Shown in pieces: positions 11,491 through 22,962 of a DNA stretch of 48,474 nucleotides; position 1 is the first letter of the stretch, and every line of letters starts with the position of its first letter. The notes beneath the pieces are model-generated. The model ran no database searches and was not told the origin of the DNA. It worked only from the letters and a program-made list of their open reading frames with translations. The position numbers and the translations under genes were made by a program. This DNA is from Octopus bimaculoides (taxonomy: Eukaryota), in NCBI RefSeq assembly GCF_001194135.2, contig NC_068984.1:27374799-27423272 (forward strand). Direction: 5' to 3'.

Positions 11491-14284
11491 ATATGATATA
11501 TGGCAATTATATATAATCATTTAATGTAGAGGACTAGTTGGAGTCATAAAAAGTATAACCCAAATATATTTCTGATGTGTTAAAGAAGGGTTATCTAAGT
11601 AAAGAAAATTTATTGTCATGTTTAGTGCGTTGGTTGATGGCTGGTGAAATGGGTTGTCTATGTGGCAGGTAGGTATTCTAGCTAAAGTAGGTGTTGGCTT
11701 CTAAGGTGATGCTTATTTTAATTGGTAAGCAGTTCAACAAAAATTAGCTTCTATACCCAGTTTAAGCTTGTTGTTACCCCAGTTTTAGTGTTCCAATTGG
11801 AGTTAATGATAGAAGGGTTTTGATTCAAATTGATTTGCAATTTGAAATTTCTAGGAGAACAAAGCCTCAAGGACTGTGCTTTTGGCAAGCATAGTAGAGT
11901 AATTTGCATGCTATTTGGTTCTATATAGAAAATAGTGCTCCATTGAAGCCATTTTAAGTTGTCATTATATGGTTGGTTTAAGATGAAGTCTAATTCAAGA
12001 TTTAATAGTTGTAGTCTTATGGGTGAAAAGAACAGTCATACCTGGGAGCTGAGCTTCTATGGAGGGTATTTATCTGTGATGTTAGCAGCAAAGCTGATGT
12101 GATTGTCAAAGCAATAGTGGTATGAAGAATTAGTGTAGTAATGCTTACATTGAGTCTAAAGAAATTGATATCCAGTATGTTTCTTATTGCAGCTATTTGA
12201 CTGTGATAGCTTTTGTTAACAGCATTAGATAAGTAAGATATTGAAAATCAGAAAATAGGTAAAGTTTTAATTTTAGATCTGAAGTCTTTTGAATGTATTG
12301 ACAGAGCAGTTTATGAACGTGTTGTAGAAGATTTTTAATCATGAAACTTAGGAAGCTATTTTTTTCATAGCTAGTATTTAAATAGGTGAATGTTCCTGGT
12401 TGTGTTAGGGATGACATTGCATTTTAAGTAATACTATAGGAAATTAATCTGGCAACCGATCATCACCTATTTCTTTGATAGATTGAATAAATTCATCATG
12501 ATAGTAAATTTAGCTTGGCTCAGGTTTAATGATATCATTGTACTTTAGTTGTACATATGGTATTAGAAAGCAATTACAATGCAAATAACAATGCTGTATT
12601 TGCAAGTATTTCAGCTGACTAAATAAATGTATGAATAAGTTAAACAGAATTCAATGCCTTAGGTGGAGAAGAGGCTGGTATTGAGAACCTAAAGTGTACT
12701 TGGTTTCTCACTACCAGCCATTTTTGTTTGAAGAATATCTCAGGTATGAAGCTCTAAGTAATGCGATATGAAATAGCCTGAATTAATATATACAATGATA
12801 TACATAACTATTCATTTATAAAACTGAAATACTATCTGCTGTATGATGTGGACGAAAGACATTTATGAAAGTACTGTTCCATTGACTTTTATGAAATATT
12901 CTCTTCATGATGTAATTTTTCTGTGGTGCAATCCAATACAGAATTATGGATAGTGAAATCAGAGTTGAATAAGGAGATCATGATATGATGAATATGAAAT
13001 GTGAATTTCAGAAGGAGTTTGAGTGTAGGTCAACTGTCAATACATCTATATATTTAAGGTATGAGCATTTCACTTTGACAGCAATTCAGATCATTGCTTA
13101 TAGTTCTAAGTTCTAAATATTGTCTTGCTTTGTTTGTGAAATATTCAAATTACTACACTAAATTGTCTGAGAAGGTTTGAATTTAATGTCTAAGAATGGA
13201 ATATAAATCTGTATAAAGTGTATTAATGCCTCTTGAAAGTAACATCAAACAGTATCTAAATTTAAATTTTCCCAGCTCTGTGAGCTCTCTATAATTGTAG
13301 CACACCTCCTGGTATATAAAGACCAAAGCATAATTTGTCTAGGAGACAGCAACCTTTGAGCTGGTGCTGATTGGAACAACTGATTGTTATGTATGGAACT
13401 GCCAACTTTATAAAATTTCATTAAAATCAATGATATTAAAATGACAGTTATAAAATGTTTGTAAAGTAAAGCTAAACACATAGTTTCATATCAAATAAAG
13501 TGGTGGGAATGGATAAAAATTTGGAATGAGATAAATAGATTAAATCTAACAAGTTTTTATATCGTAGTTGAGATGATACTGAATAGACGCTCTTAAGAAT
13601 ATAATATTATTATACAAAATCGTATATCATATATTAGGATCTAGACAATCGCTTTTTTTATTGCTAAATCATGAGGGAAAGACAATGCATATGATTCTTA
13701 TACAGGTCTTCCGAGGCCAGTTTGAGAAAGACATACTGAAACTGTAAACCTGGTCCCAGTTGATTGTAATAGCATAGACTCCTCTAAAGGTACCCAGGGG
13801 CAAGGTGTTGGTTTTAAACAGGGTAAAGGGATAAGTCCACCACCCAAGTAGGCTAAGGCAGGATTTGAACTTAGAAATGCTTCACTCAGAAAAAAATTCC
13901 AGATGACAACCTGTCTGATAGGCTAATGGTTCTGTCAGTCCACTCTCCTAGATTGGGTGTGTATTTATCAGTCTCAAAAGAATGAAAAAACAAAGTTGAC
14001 TTCGGTAGGATTTGATCTTAGAACACAAAAGACTCAAATAAATAATGCAAAACATTTAATCAAGTTTTCTAATGAATCTGCCAATTCATTATCCTCTTGA
14101 AATAGCATACAAATCTCTCAGATCATACCCTACATTTTACAAAACCCCAAAATAGAACACATTCAATAATGTACACCTAAATACACTATTTGAAACACAT
14201 GGTACCATTACAGGTAAACTAATTTTTTATTATAAGTTACTTTCATCAGCTGACTTCATGGCTAAAGAGCAACAATACTAATAA

Positions 14285-14520
14285 TCTTCTCTACAATAGG
14301 CACAAGGCCGGAAATTTTATGGGGTGGAGCTAGTCAATTACATCAACCCCAGTGCATAACTGGTACTTATTTCATCGACCCTGACAGGATGAAAGACAAA
14401 GTCGACCCTGGCGTAATTTGAACTCAGAATGTAAAGAGTGACAAAATGCACCTAAGCATATTGCCTGGTATGCTAATGATTTTGCCAGCGCACTGCCTTA
14501 GCAACAATAGTAACAATAAT
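14285..14520 (+). mobile_element. High-copy interspersed repeat (AGGCACAAGGCC...GAAAGGATGAAAG...GAATTTGAACTCAG family)
   Basis: The same ~230-bp unit recurs at 20860-21075 and 48125-48320, with partial copies near 4.75-4.95, 13.95-14.09, 32.8-32.95 and 48.0 kb. Usually flanked by (TAA)n-like tracts. Confidence 0.75.
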
Positions 14521-14559
14521 AATAAAAATAAAAGAAATATCTAGCAATTTTACTTAGGA

Positions 14560-15616
14560 CATTTATAACTGGGATGGTGGTGGTACAGGTGTGACTGTTT
14601 AGTTAAGAAGTTTGTGTTTTGTATGCTTCAAAGATTTTCAATTGGGTTCGTGTCAGGAGATTGGCTCGGCCAAGTTAGTTTTTTGGTCCCATTTTCAGTC
14701 AACTATTGTTGACTCCTTTTCGCTGTGTGGCATGGAGCCCCATCCTCCATGAATAAAAGCACAGTTTTCGTTATGTTATCGTGTGAATACATCGAAAGTA
14801 ATCCTTGCTTAAGTATTTCGATGTATTTTTCAGAGTTTATGGTTCCAACACATTCGATCAGCTCAAAACGAACATTGCTGGTGACAGCTCCCCATACCAT
14901 TACAGAGATACCGCCATGTTTCACAGTTGGTTGGAGTCGTTTCAAATCAAACTCTTGATTGGGAAGCCTCCAGACCCAAACACGTCCACTGTCTGAAAAT
15001 AATGCAAATCCGGATTCATCTGAGAAAATCACTCTATCCCAAAATGAACTGGATTTTTCTGACATCTCTCCTTAGCCAATTTCTTTCTTTTCATGATATT
15101 AATTGGTTGAACGAAAGGTTTTCTTCTAGCTGCTCGTCCGTAATACCCAAGCTTATGCAGATATGTAACACATGTTCTTGGACTAACTTCTAGCTGTTTT
15201 GCGATGTTAGAAGCCTTTGAACAGGGTTCGTTTTCCACAATTCTCTTCAAACGGCAAAACTTCCTTTCTGAGGGCCCAGGTTAGCTGGGACGAGAATCTG
15301 TTGATTCTTTTCCTTGGCTTTTGAATTGCACTATAACTCTAATAACAGTAGCAAGAGGAATGTGAAAATTTTCGCCAATTTTTCGCTGGCTAAGACCAGC
15401 CTCAGATTGCCCGACAATATGACCACTTTGAAAATCTGAGAGTTCTGCTGAATTTTTTGTGTATGGCATGGTTACTCTTCGCAAATATTTAATATAATGG
15501 CACCTGGAATGAAAAGAATAATTACATTCAAAATTCTAGACCGGTGAAAACATATTAAGACGCTTAGATCAGAAATGTTGAAAATTAAAGGTGTCTATTT
15601 ACTTCCTGCATGTCTG
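14560..15616 (-). mobile_element. Tc1 DD34E transposon, frameshifted and truncated at the 3' end
   Basis: Three consecutive minus-strand ORFs: [20 protein letters not shown] (HTH), RAARRKPF, and VIFSDESGF...TVKHGGISVMVWG...FMEDGAPCH. Read-through continues LTWPSQSPDTNPIE, giving 34 residues between D and E. The 5' end TA-CAGACATGCAGGAAGTAAATAGACACC is TIR-like. No 3' TIR found. Confidence 0.9.
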
Positions 15617-15627
15617 TATATATATAT

Positions 15628-15662
<35 letters not shown>

Positions 15663-15738
15663 TACATATATATGCATATATATACATACATATGTATACA
15701 TACATATATGTGTGTGTGTGCGTATACACACACGCATA

Positions 15739-16038
15739 ATGGGTACAGGGCATCACCAATAGTAAACAACATGAAATACGAAAACAAATGATTTCAATAC
15801 GCAAACAACGAGAGAAACAAATGGAAAATGAGACAAGTAACATAAAGAACGACCCTTCATCAATTGTCGGCTTGTCGTTCAATGCTAGAAATGAGTAGAT
15901 AGACAGTCGACAACTGATGAAGGGTCGTTCCTTATGTTACTTATCCTCTTTTCCATCTGTTTCTCTCGTTGTTTGCGTATTGAACTCATCTGTTTTCGTA
16001 TTTCCTATTCTTTACTGTTGGTGACGTCCTGTACCCAT
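15739..16038. repeat. Fold-back: two 134-bp inverted copies of a pLTR-like repeat
   Basis: Arms 15739-15872 and 15905-16038, about 16 mismatches by manual alignment. Both outer ends abut TA/TG microsatellite. Confidence 0.9.
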
Positions 16039-16109
16039 ATATACTTGTGTGTATGTATATATATATATATATGTATGTATGTATATATACACAAATATAT
16101 GTGTGTGGG

Positions 16110-16968
16110 TGTGTGTATGTATCTTAATCTTTTGACACGACTCTACTCTATACAGTTTTGCTTCCCTATCATTTTCTCTCTCATCCTTTCCCTAGTTCCC
16201 TTTTTTCTCTCCTTCACCGTTTTCTATCTGTCACTCTCTCCCCCTCTCTCCTGTTCTCTCTCTTCGTTGCTCACACGTGATCATCGTTTAAACTGATGTA
16301 ATGATTGCATTGTTCAATTAAATGGAGCCACTTGAAAGAGTCGTACTACATCAGTACTTGATATCCTGTTGCTTATTTTGATTTTATTCACTTTTCTTCA
16401 AGCTGTGCAGATAATACGCGACTGACTTGGTGCTTCTACTTAAGTACTTAATTCAAATGAACCTTAATTATTTCTCGCCCCTCCTTAATTCTTCTATCCC
16501 TCTGCCTCTACCTCTCTCTCTTCTCTCCCCCCACGTGACCGGTGTTTGGCCAAGCCTGACCTTTCTTTCTTGGTTCGACTACCATCCGTGCAACATCTAT
16601 ATTCCTCCCTGTGCCTGTCAAATCTTATGCTCCTGCCATAAGGCTTTACTTCCGCACACGCCAGCTTAATTTGATTCGTCCTTAGTCGAAAGACATCCGC
16701 TGTTAATGTCCTGTTATTTGTATTTGTGTACCATTTCTCCGTTTGTTTCGTCCTTGCTGCTTTCTTCCAAGGAATCTAATGCTCTTAGCTTAGTTTTTTC
16801 TGTGGGGCTGGCCAGATTGGAGCAATCTCGACTGAGGAAAGAAAACTCCAAATGACCCGTCCTTGTTTTCTTTGTATCTTTTGTCTGGATGTTTTGTTGT
16901 CCCTTTTTTGTACTTTTTTGTATCACCTAACTGTCTGGATATTTTGCGTTCTTGTCCCATTTTCGTAT
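16110..16968. mobile_element. Penelope-like pseudo-LTR/UTR-type repeat region
   Basis: Segments are shared with 11350-11490, 25589-25837 and 21128-21185 (inverted). Contains a degenerate CTGAGGA-AAG(AAAA)CTC-CAAAT motif near 16831. The Penelope assignment is inferred from adjacency and organisation. Confidence 0.45.
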
Positions 16969-16978
16969 NNNNNNNNNN

Positions 16979-17029
<51 letters not shown>

Positions 17030-17894
17030 AAGAAATGGAGCAATAATTGACAATGAGAAATGGGTCATTGGTGTTTTAAAGTCATTGTTTGATTAAATTA
17101 GGAGTATGTTTACAGCTGTGTCTATTTATCAAAATGGGGTAAATTTGCATTTACGTCGTTACAATTGATAAACATCTTCAGAAAGATTCCGTGGCAAAGA
17201 TAAAATAGAAGGAAAAAAAGGAAAAGCGTTCGTTAAAGCAATAGTCTTATATTTTGGTGACTTACATAATTCCACGTGTCAGTAGGAGGATAAAAGAGAA
17301 AAGAGTTCGTTAAATCCATAGTCTTAGATTTAGTGACTTTCATATTTCCACGTGTCCGTTGATTCCTACATTCGGTGCTAATGGTGGTAATGGGGACAGT
17401 GACTAGATAAACCAGTGGTGTAAGCCGAATGAGTCATACCTAGTGGGGATATCCGGTGTTGCTATTGGACATAAGTCATGTTAACTTGTAGCTTCTCAGT
17501 TAGTCCCTGTAATTTTAATGGAAGCCGTAATATAAAACTAAGGCTGTTATTTAAAGTTTGTACGATAGTGTACTAAGTGTATAAAGTGTAATGGGCTATG
17601 TAAAGGAATAATAGAAAGGGTTGAAGAGTACACAGAAAAACATCAATAGGAAAATTATAGCGCGTAGAATGAGTCGGTAGTCTAGCTATCAAGTGAAATT
17701 CAACTATAGGAAAGAGTGCCCTTGTGCACTACGTAGAATAAGTATATAGTTCAGTATTTGGTTTATAATGTGCAGTGAGGTTAAGTAGTGCTAAGTGGTA
17801 AGTGAGATGGTTAAGGGAAGGTAATAAGAGGTTAAGCAGGTCCACTAATAACTTGTAAACTAGGGATTAGCGATGTTTAAAGGATACTTAGAGC

Positions 17895-18620
17895 TTAGCG
17901 ATATTTTGAGAATAAGAATTGACCTTTGTGCAAACGAAAAGTATTTTTCTCGTCTCGTTTATCAAGTAGATGTGATTTGGCTATTAAAATAAAGAATTTC
18001 TCATTTACACATAGATTACAACGATTATTGTTAATGTTATATGAGGAAGTTTTGGTTAGGATACGCCATTCTAAACTATAGTTAATATTATTGTCTTTCA
18101 ATTCTCAAATGTAACTACTAAGTGTGGTAGAGTTCGCTTTACTTCTATTTCTGAAACTTGAGTGATGGGATTTATATCTATGTATCATTTCATTTTTAGT
18201 TGCTCCAGTATAAGATTTCTTGTAATTATTTGCGAGTACATCACCTTGGTAGATTACGTTTTTAGTTTTACATATATTCGAGAATTCCCAATTGTTTTTG
18301 TTTCTGCATCCACATAGATCATTAAGCTTGCCTGTGCCTATGTTATGTTGAGGGGGTGGTTATTATTTATAAGATAGTTGTCCGCGTTATTTGAGGGTGA
18401 GTTATTAGGGATGACATTTATATCTGTCGAGTGGTTGCTATGTTTTATGTTGTTATTCTTTTTAGTTTTATAGAAGGTATCTAGCTTTTTATTGTTGATA
18501 GAGGCAATGATAGTAGCTAGGTTGCTAGTTAAACTATGGCCTACTCTAATTTTATTCCTAAAGATTTCTGAGTATTTGTTATTTAAGTTCAAGTGCTTAT
18601 CTATAAGTCTCATTATTTAA
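17895..18620 (-). mobile_element. Penelope-like element C-terminus (linker plus GIY-YIG endonuclease), Naiad-like
   Basis: LIDKHL...IFRNKIRVGHS..., one frameshift, then LCGCRNKNNW (CxCx5C-like)...NVIYQGDV...KSYTGAT...RYKSHHSSF...STTLSSYI*ELK...WRIL...RCNLCVNEKFFI...RLHKGQFL. The RT core is absent. Confidence 0.85.
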
Positions 18621-18684
18621 TGAAATATGTTTGTTTTAAGTTGCATCGCAAAGGGGATTATTAACCAGATGTTATCCTTATTTC

Positions 18685-18849
18685 AAAACAATTGCAGCGT
18701 GGAATGTGTTTATAAGCCATTTAAGAAACACACAAAAACCGTTAGATTCACTTCAACATCTAAATTAAAATTAAATGTTGAAGTGAATCTAACGGTTTTT
18801 GTGTGTTTCTTAAATGGCTTATAAACACCTTCCTCGCTGCAATTGTTTT
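18685..18849. repeat. Near-perfect 75-bp-arm hairpin immediately 5' of the Penelope-like relic
   Basis: Arms 18685-18759 and 18775-18849 with a 15-nt AT-rich spacer. Confidence 0.92.
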
Positions 18850-19181
18850 CGTTCCAGCACACGATCTCAAATCAGGTCACTTTCTATGCAAGTACATCTC
18901 GTAATATCCTTGCTTCGTTTATTTCTAATATTATTATTTTTGGTGTAGAAACTGTCCTCAGTATTATTGTAGAATGTAAAGTTATGGTTATAATAATTAT
19001 TATTCTTTTTATAGTCATTTTCATTATTACTACTATCAGTTTTATTGGGGTTGTTTCTGTATGGTTTATTTATTTTATATAGCTTGATATTATCATTCCT
19101 AACTGGGGCTATATTGCTTCTTAGAGGTGCATTATTTTTTATATATATCTTTATTATTATTCATATTGGTATTCTTAATAC

Positions 19182-19299
19182 TGAAAGATACAGAAATATT
19201 ATTTTTATTGTCGAACGCGTGATAATGCTAATAAAATAGCGTGAACAGGATAAGCATTATCACGCGTTTGACAATAAAAAAAAAATTCTGTATCTTTCA
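19182..19299. repeat. Inverted repeat, ~48-bp arms
   Basis: TGAAAGATACAGAA...GTCGAACGCGTGATAATGCT (19182-19229) pairs with AGCATTATCACGCGTTTGAC...TTCTGTATCTTTCA (19253-19299). Confidence 0.85.
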
Positions 19300-19494
19300 A
19301 TACATCTCAACGCTTCTAAAACAAACTTTGTTTGTTTACTTTCATCGTAAGTTGAATTCTTAATATTGTTATTTTTCACATTGTTGGTATTTCTATCGTT
19401 ATCATTTTTAATGTTGTTATTTATATTAATCTGCACAATTTTTCTCTTTCCATTTTTTATCATTGTCTCTCCATTTTTTCCCTCTTAATCCTTT

Positions 19495-19521
19495 CTGTGG
19501 AAGAGCGTAGGCTCGAAATGT
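19495..19521 (+). ncRNA. Hammerhead-like motif with non-canonical core, plus-strand copy
   Basis: CTGTGGA-A-GAGC(GTAG)GCTC-GAAAT-GT. Confidence 0.45.
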
Positions 19522-19622
19522 AAAAGATTTTTCCATTTTTTTCTGAGCATTAAACTAATAAACCTGCTTGTTGTTCCTACACCTGTCTTCATCTATTGTT
19601 TTCTGCAAATTTGAACTATATA

Positions 19623-19661
<39 letters not shown>

Positions 19662-19747
19662 AGAATTCACTAAAAACAAAAGACGAAGACAGGTGGTGTA
19701 GAAAACAAACAGATGTATTAGTATAACGCTCGGGAAGTAAAAAGTCT

Positions 19748-19777
19748 CTAACGTTTCGAGCCTACGCTCTTCCACAG
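19748..19777 (-). ncRNA. Hammerhead-like motif with non-canonical core, minus-strand copy
   Basis: Reverse complement reads CTGTGGA-A-GAGC(GTAG)GCTC-GAAACGTTAG, with an AACGTT palindrome at stem III. Confidence 0.5.
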
Positions 19778-19979
19778 AAGGGAACACTTACACACATATA
19801 TATGCAGATATTACTTCATTACACATATTCATGATATCACATGATACACAGAAAACACATATGCACAAACTACAATCCCATGAATTCACAATCGCTATGG
19901 ATCAGGTTTGGTATCGAAATATGTGAAAAGTATGGGAAAAATATGTGAAACTCTGCAATAATATACGCATATTTAAACA

Positions 19980-20510
19980 TGAGCCGGCACATAAAAAGCA
20001 ACTTTCAAGCGTGACTGATGCCAGTGCCACCTGACTGGCACTTGCAGAGGTGGGATGTAAAAAAGTATCATTCGAGCATGGCTGATGTCAGAGCTGCTTG
20101 ACTGGCATTCGTACCAGTGATACGTAAAAAGCACCATTCGAGCATGACTGATACCAGTGCTGCCTGACTGGTACCCGTGTGCTGGTGGTATGTAAAAAGC
20201 ATCATTTGAGCATGACCAATGCCAGTGCTACCTGGCTAGCACCCTTGCCAGTCGCATGTAAAAAGCAGCATCCGAGCATGGCTGATGCCAGTGCCGTCTG
20301 ATTGGCTCCCATGCCATTGGCACGTAAAAGGCACTCACTACACTTTTGGAATGGTTGGCATTAGGAAGGGCATCCAGCTGTAGAAACCTTGCCAAATCAG
20401 ACTAGACCCTGGTGCAGCCTCCCGGCCTGCCAGTTCTCGGTCAAACTATCCAACCCATGTCAGCATGGAAGGTGGATGTTAAACGGCGATGATGATGATG
20501 ATGATGAATC
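19980..20510 (+). mobile_element. (GAT)n-tailed SINE-like element with a tandem array of five ~66-bp modules
   Basis: Units start at 20007, 20074, 20140, 20208 and 20274 (periods 67, 66, 68, 66). The standard TTAGGAAGGGCATCCAGCTGTAGAAAC...GTTAAACGGCGATGATG tail follows. Confidence 0.85.
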
Positions 20511-20859
20511 AATCATGAACAAAATGCATAATGCAGATGTATGTGTGTGTGTGCTAGTGTGTTTGTGTGTGTATGTGTGTGTACCAACATGTCATGTAGG
20601 CTTGGTAATTGCTAAGAAATCCTCTCTTAACATGAAAACCATATATAAAATGTGTGGGTGTGTAGCCCCGTTCAGTTGAAGGTGATCGTATTCTTGCATG
20701 CTACAAAATGTCATCATTAGTGCTGATGCCAAGAAAAAGGACATCCAGACATAGAAACCATGTCAAAGAGCACGATGTAGTCTTCTTCAAGCTTGTCTGA
20801 CCTGTCAAACATTCAACCACATGCCAGTAAGGAACATGGGTAGTAAATATTAATAATTA

Positions 20860-21075
20860 TTTCTACTCTATGCAGAAGGTCTTAACATTTATGGGGGTAG
20901 GGGGATAGTCGATTATATCAAACCCCAGTGCATAACTGGTACATATTTCATCAACCCTGAAAGGATGAGACACAGAGTTGACCTCAGCAGAATTTAAACT
21001 CAGAACATAGTGGCAGATGAAAAACTGCAAAGCATTTTGCCTGGCATGCTAATGATTCTGCCAGGTCACTGTATT
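20860..21075 (+). mobile_element. Interspersed repeat, same family as 14285-14520
   Basis: CCCCAGTGCATAACTGGTAC..ATTTCATC.ACCCTGA.AGGATGA...GAATTT.AACTCAGAA is shared. Confidence 0.75.
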
Positions 21076-21179
21076 AAATATTAATAATAATGATTATATA
21101 TATACCTGAAGATATATATATATATATAAATACAAAATGGGACAAGAACGCAAAACATCCAGATAGACAATACAAAGAA

Positions 21180-21221
<42 letters not shown>

Positions 21222-21225
21222 TATA

Positions 21226-21872
21226 CGAGGGTGAGTAAAAAATTAATGCCATTTAGTTTAGGACAGGTATAATTGTCAACACAGGAACATGTGTCATACA
21301 TCAAAATGAAGCTGGTCCTCTGTGGATCATATCTCTACTTCTCAACATAGTCACCGTTTCTCTCAATAGCAATGCTCCACCTTCGAATGAGAGCATGTAT
21401 CCCTGCCCTGTAAAATTCTGTTGACTGTTCTTTGAGCCATTTCTTCACTAGAGTTTTTACTTCCTCATCACTGGAATAATGTTTGCCTCTCAAACCCTCT
21501 TTCATAGGGCCGAAGAGATGATAGTCTGAAGGTGCTAAATCTGGTGACAAGAAAGTGAAAACTGTAGTGAAGAAGTGGCTCAAAGAACAGGCAACAGAAT
21601 TTTACGGGAGCAGGGATACATGCTCTCATTCGAAGGTGGAACATTACTATTGAGAGAAATGGTGAATATGTTGAGAAGTAGNNNNNNNNNNACGGGAGCA
21701 GGGATACATGCTCTCATTCGAAGGTGGAACATTACTATTGAGAGAAATGGTGAATATGTTGAGAAGTAGGGATGTGATCCACAGAGGACCAGCTTCATTT
21801 TGATGTATGATACATGTTCCTGTGCTGGTAATCATACATGTCATAAACAAAATGGCATTACTTTTTGACTCG
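21226..21872. mobile_element. Mariner-derived element made of two inverted 3' ends (3'-3' MITE-like)
   Basis: Left arm (minus strand) encodes SPDLAPSDYHLFGPMKEGLRGKHYSSDEEVKTLVKKWLKEQSTEFYRAGIHALIRRWSIAIERNGDYVEK*. The right arm repeats the same 3' end on the plus strand. TIRs are CGAGGGTGAGTAAAAAATTAATGCCATTT and CGAGTCAAAAAGTAATGCCATTT, with TA flanks. Confidence 0.88.
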
Positions 21873-22127
21873 TATATATATATATATATACACAAACAAG
21901 AGTTTCCGTAACTCTTATATTTTTATTCACATACCTGGCAACCCTGGCTACCTACCGTGAAATGTAAAATAATGTTTTTCAGCTAATTATACTTCGATAA
22001 AGAAAAGTACTCAACCTCCCAGTCCAATAAACCACTATTGTTCCTGAAAGTTGTCTTTTTATATTTTCTACATATTGCTTGAAGCTCACCTTCTCCCTAC
22101 ATCTCGATCTCTGAATCTTAGATTTAC

Positions 22128-22179
<52 letters not shown>

Positions 22180-22236
22180 TTATCTGTCTGTCTGTCCGTC
22201 CGTCTGTCTATCTTTCTATCTATCTATCTATCTTTC

Positions 22237-22268
<32 letters not shown>

Positions 22269-22962
22269 ATATGATATAGGATAAATTCTTTATAAGAATT
22301 TATCAAGTAGTCAGCGTGAAAAAGCCTCATAATGAAAAAATAATGAAAAATTTTGTAATGCCCTTTTTATATATATATATATGTATGTATGTATATATGT
22401 ATGTATATGTATACATGTATACATATATACATATAAATATAAATATATGTATATGCATGGATGTTTGCATGCATAGTTGGAGTCTGGGGTGCAGTTCTCT
22501 GTCTGCAAAGAATATGAATATAATCATTGGCAGCCAACCTGAAAACCTGGTACTTTACAAACGAAGACTTTGAAATATTTGCTCTATATTGAATTACATT
22601 GACTCCCTTGTCCCTTTCTCCATCACATATATAGTGAACTTGTTGTTTACTCCCACTCATTAGAAACCTATAACCAACAATGCTATTTTTCACCAATTAT
22701 GATATAAAATAAATATATAATTCTGAACTGTTGAACTGAATTATAAATTATATCTAAACACAAAGACAAAAAGAAAAAAAAAATGTAAGTATAACAGATA
22801 TTGTCTAAAAGTTTCTATCTCAGACATCATTTTTTTAAAAAACATATTTGTCCATTATATCTAACCATTGTTGCAATGTCAATCAACTCTTCAAGAGAAA
22901 ACAAGCCATGCATGCACACACACACTCTCTCTCTCTATTTCTCACACACATATACACACAAA

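Noticed and set aside
11500-13480. Possible decayed Penelope RT body
   Set aside because: Only vague motif echoes in frames full of stops, not enough to assign.
15905-15935. Canonical CTGATGA hammerhead core in the fold-back arm
   Set aside because: No closing stem II plus GAAA follows it, so a hammerhead cannot be folded.
18100-18110. In-frame TGA in the Naiad-like ORF as possible selenocysteine
   Set aside because: It falls at the Trp of the YIW(E/K)LK motif (TGG to TGA), which is ordinary decay. The copy also has a frameshift.
20007-20335. Repeat-spacer appearance resembling a CRISPR array
   Set aside because: The variable parts are homologous to each other rather than unique spacers, the context is eukaryotic and no cas genes are present.
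22367-22696. Minus-strand ORF (RFLMSGSKQQVHYICDG...) and the overlapping-frame TENCTPDSNYAC peptide as exons
   Set aside because: Splice sites are mediocre, the phase does not fit the candidate exon at 27359, and there is no recognisable homology.
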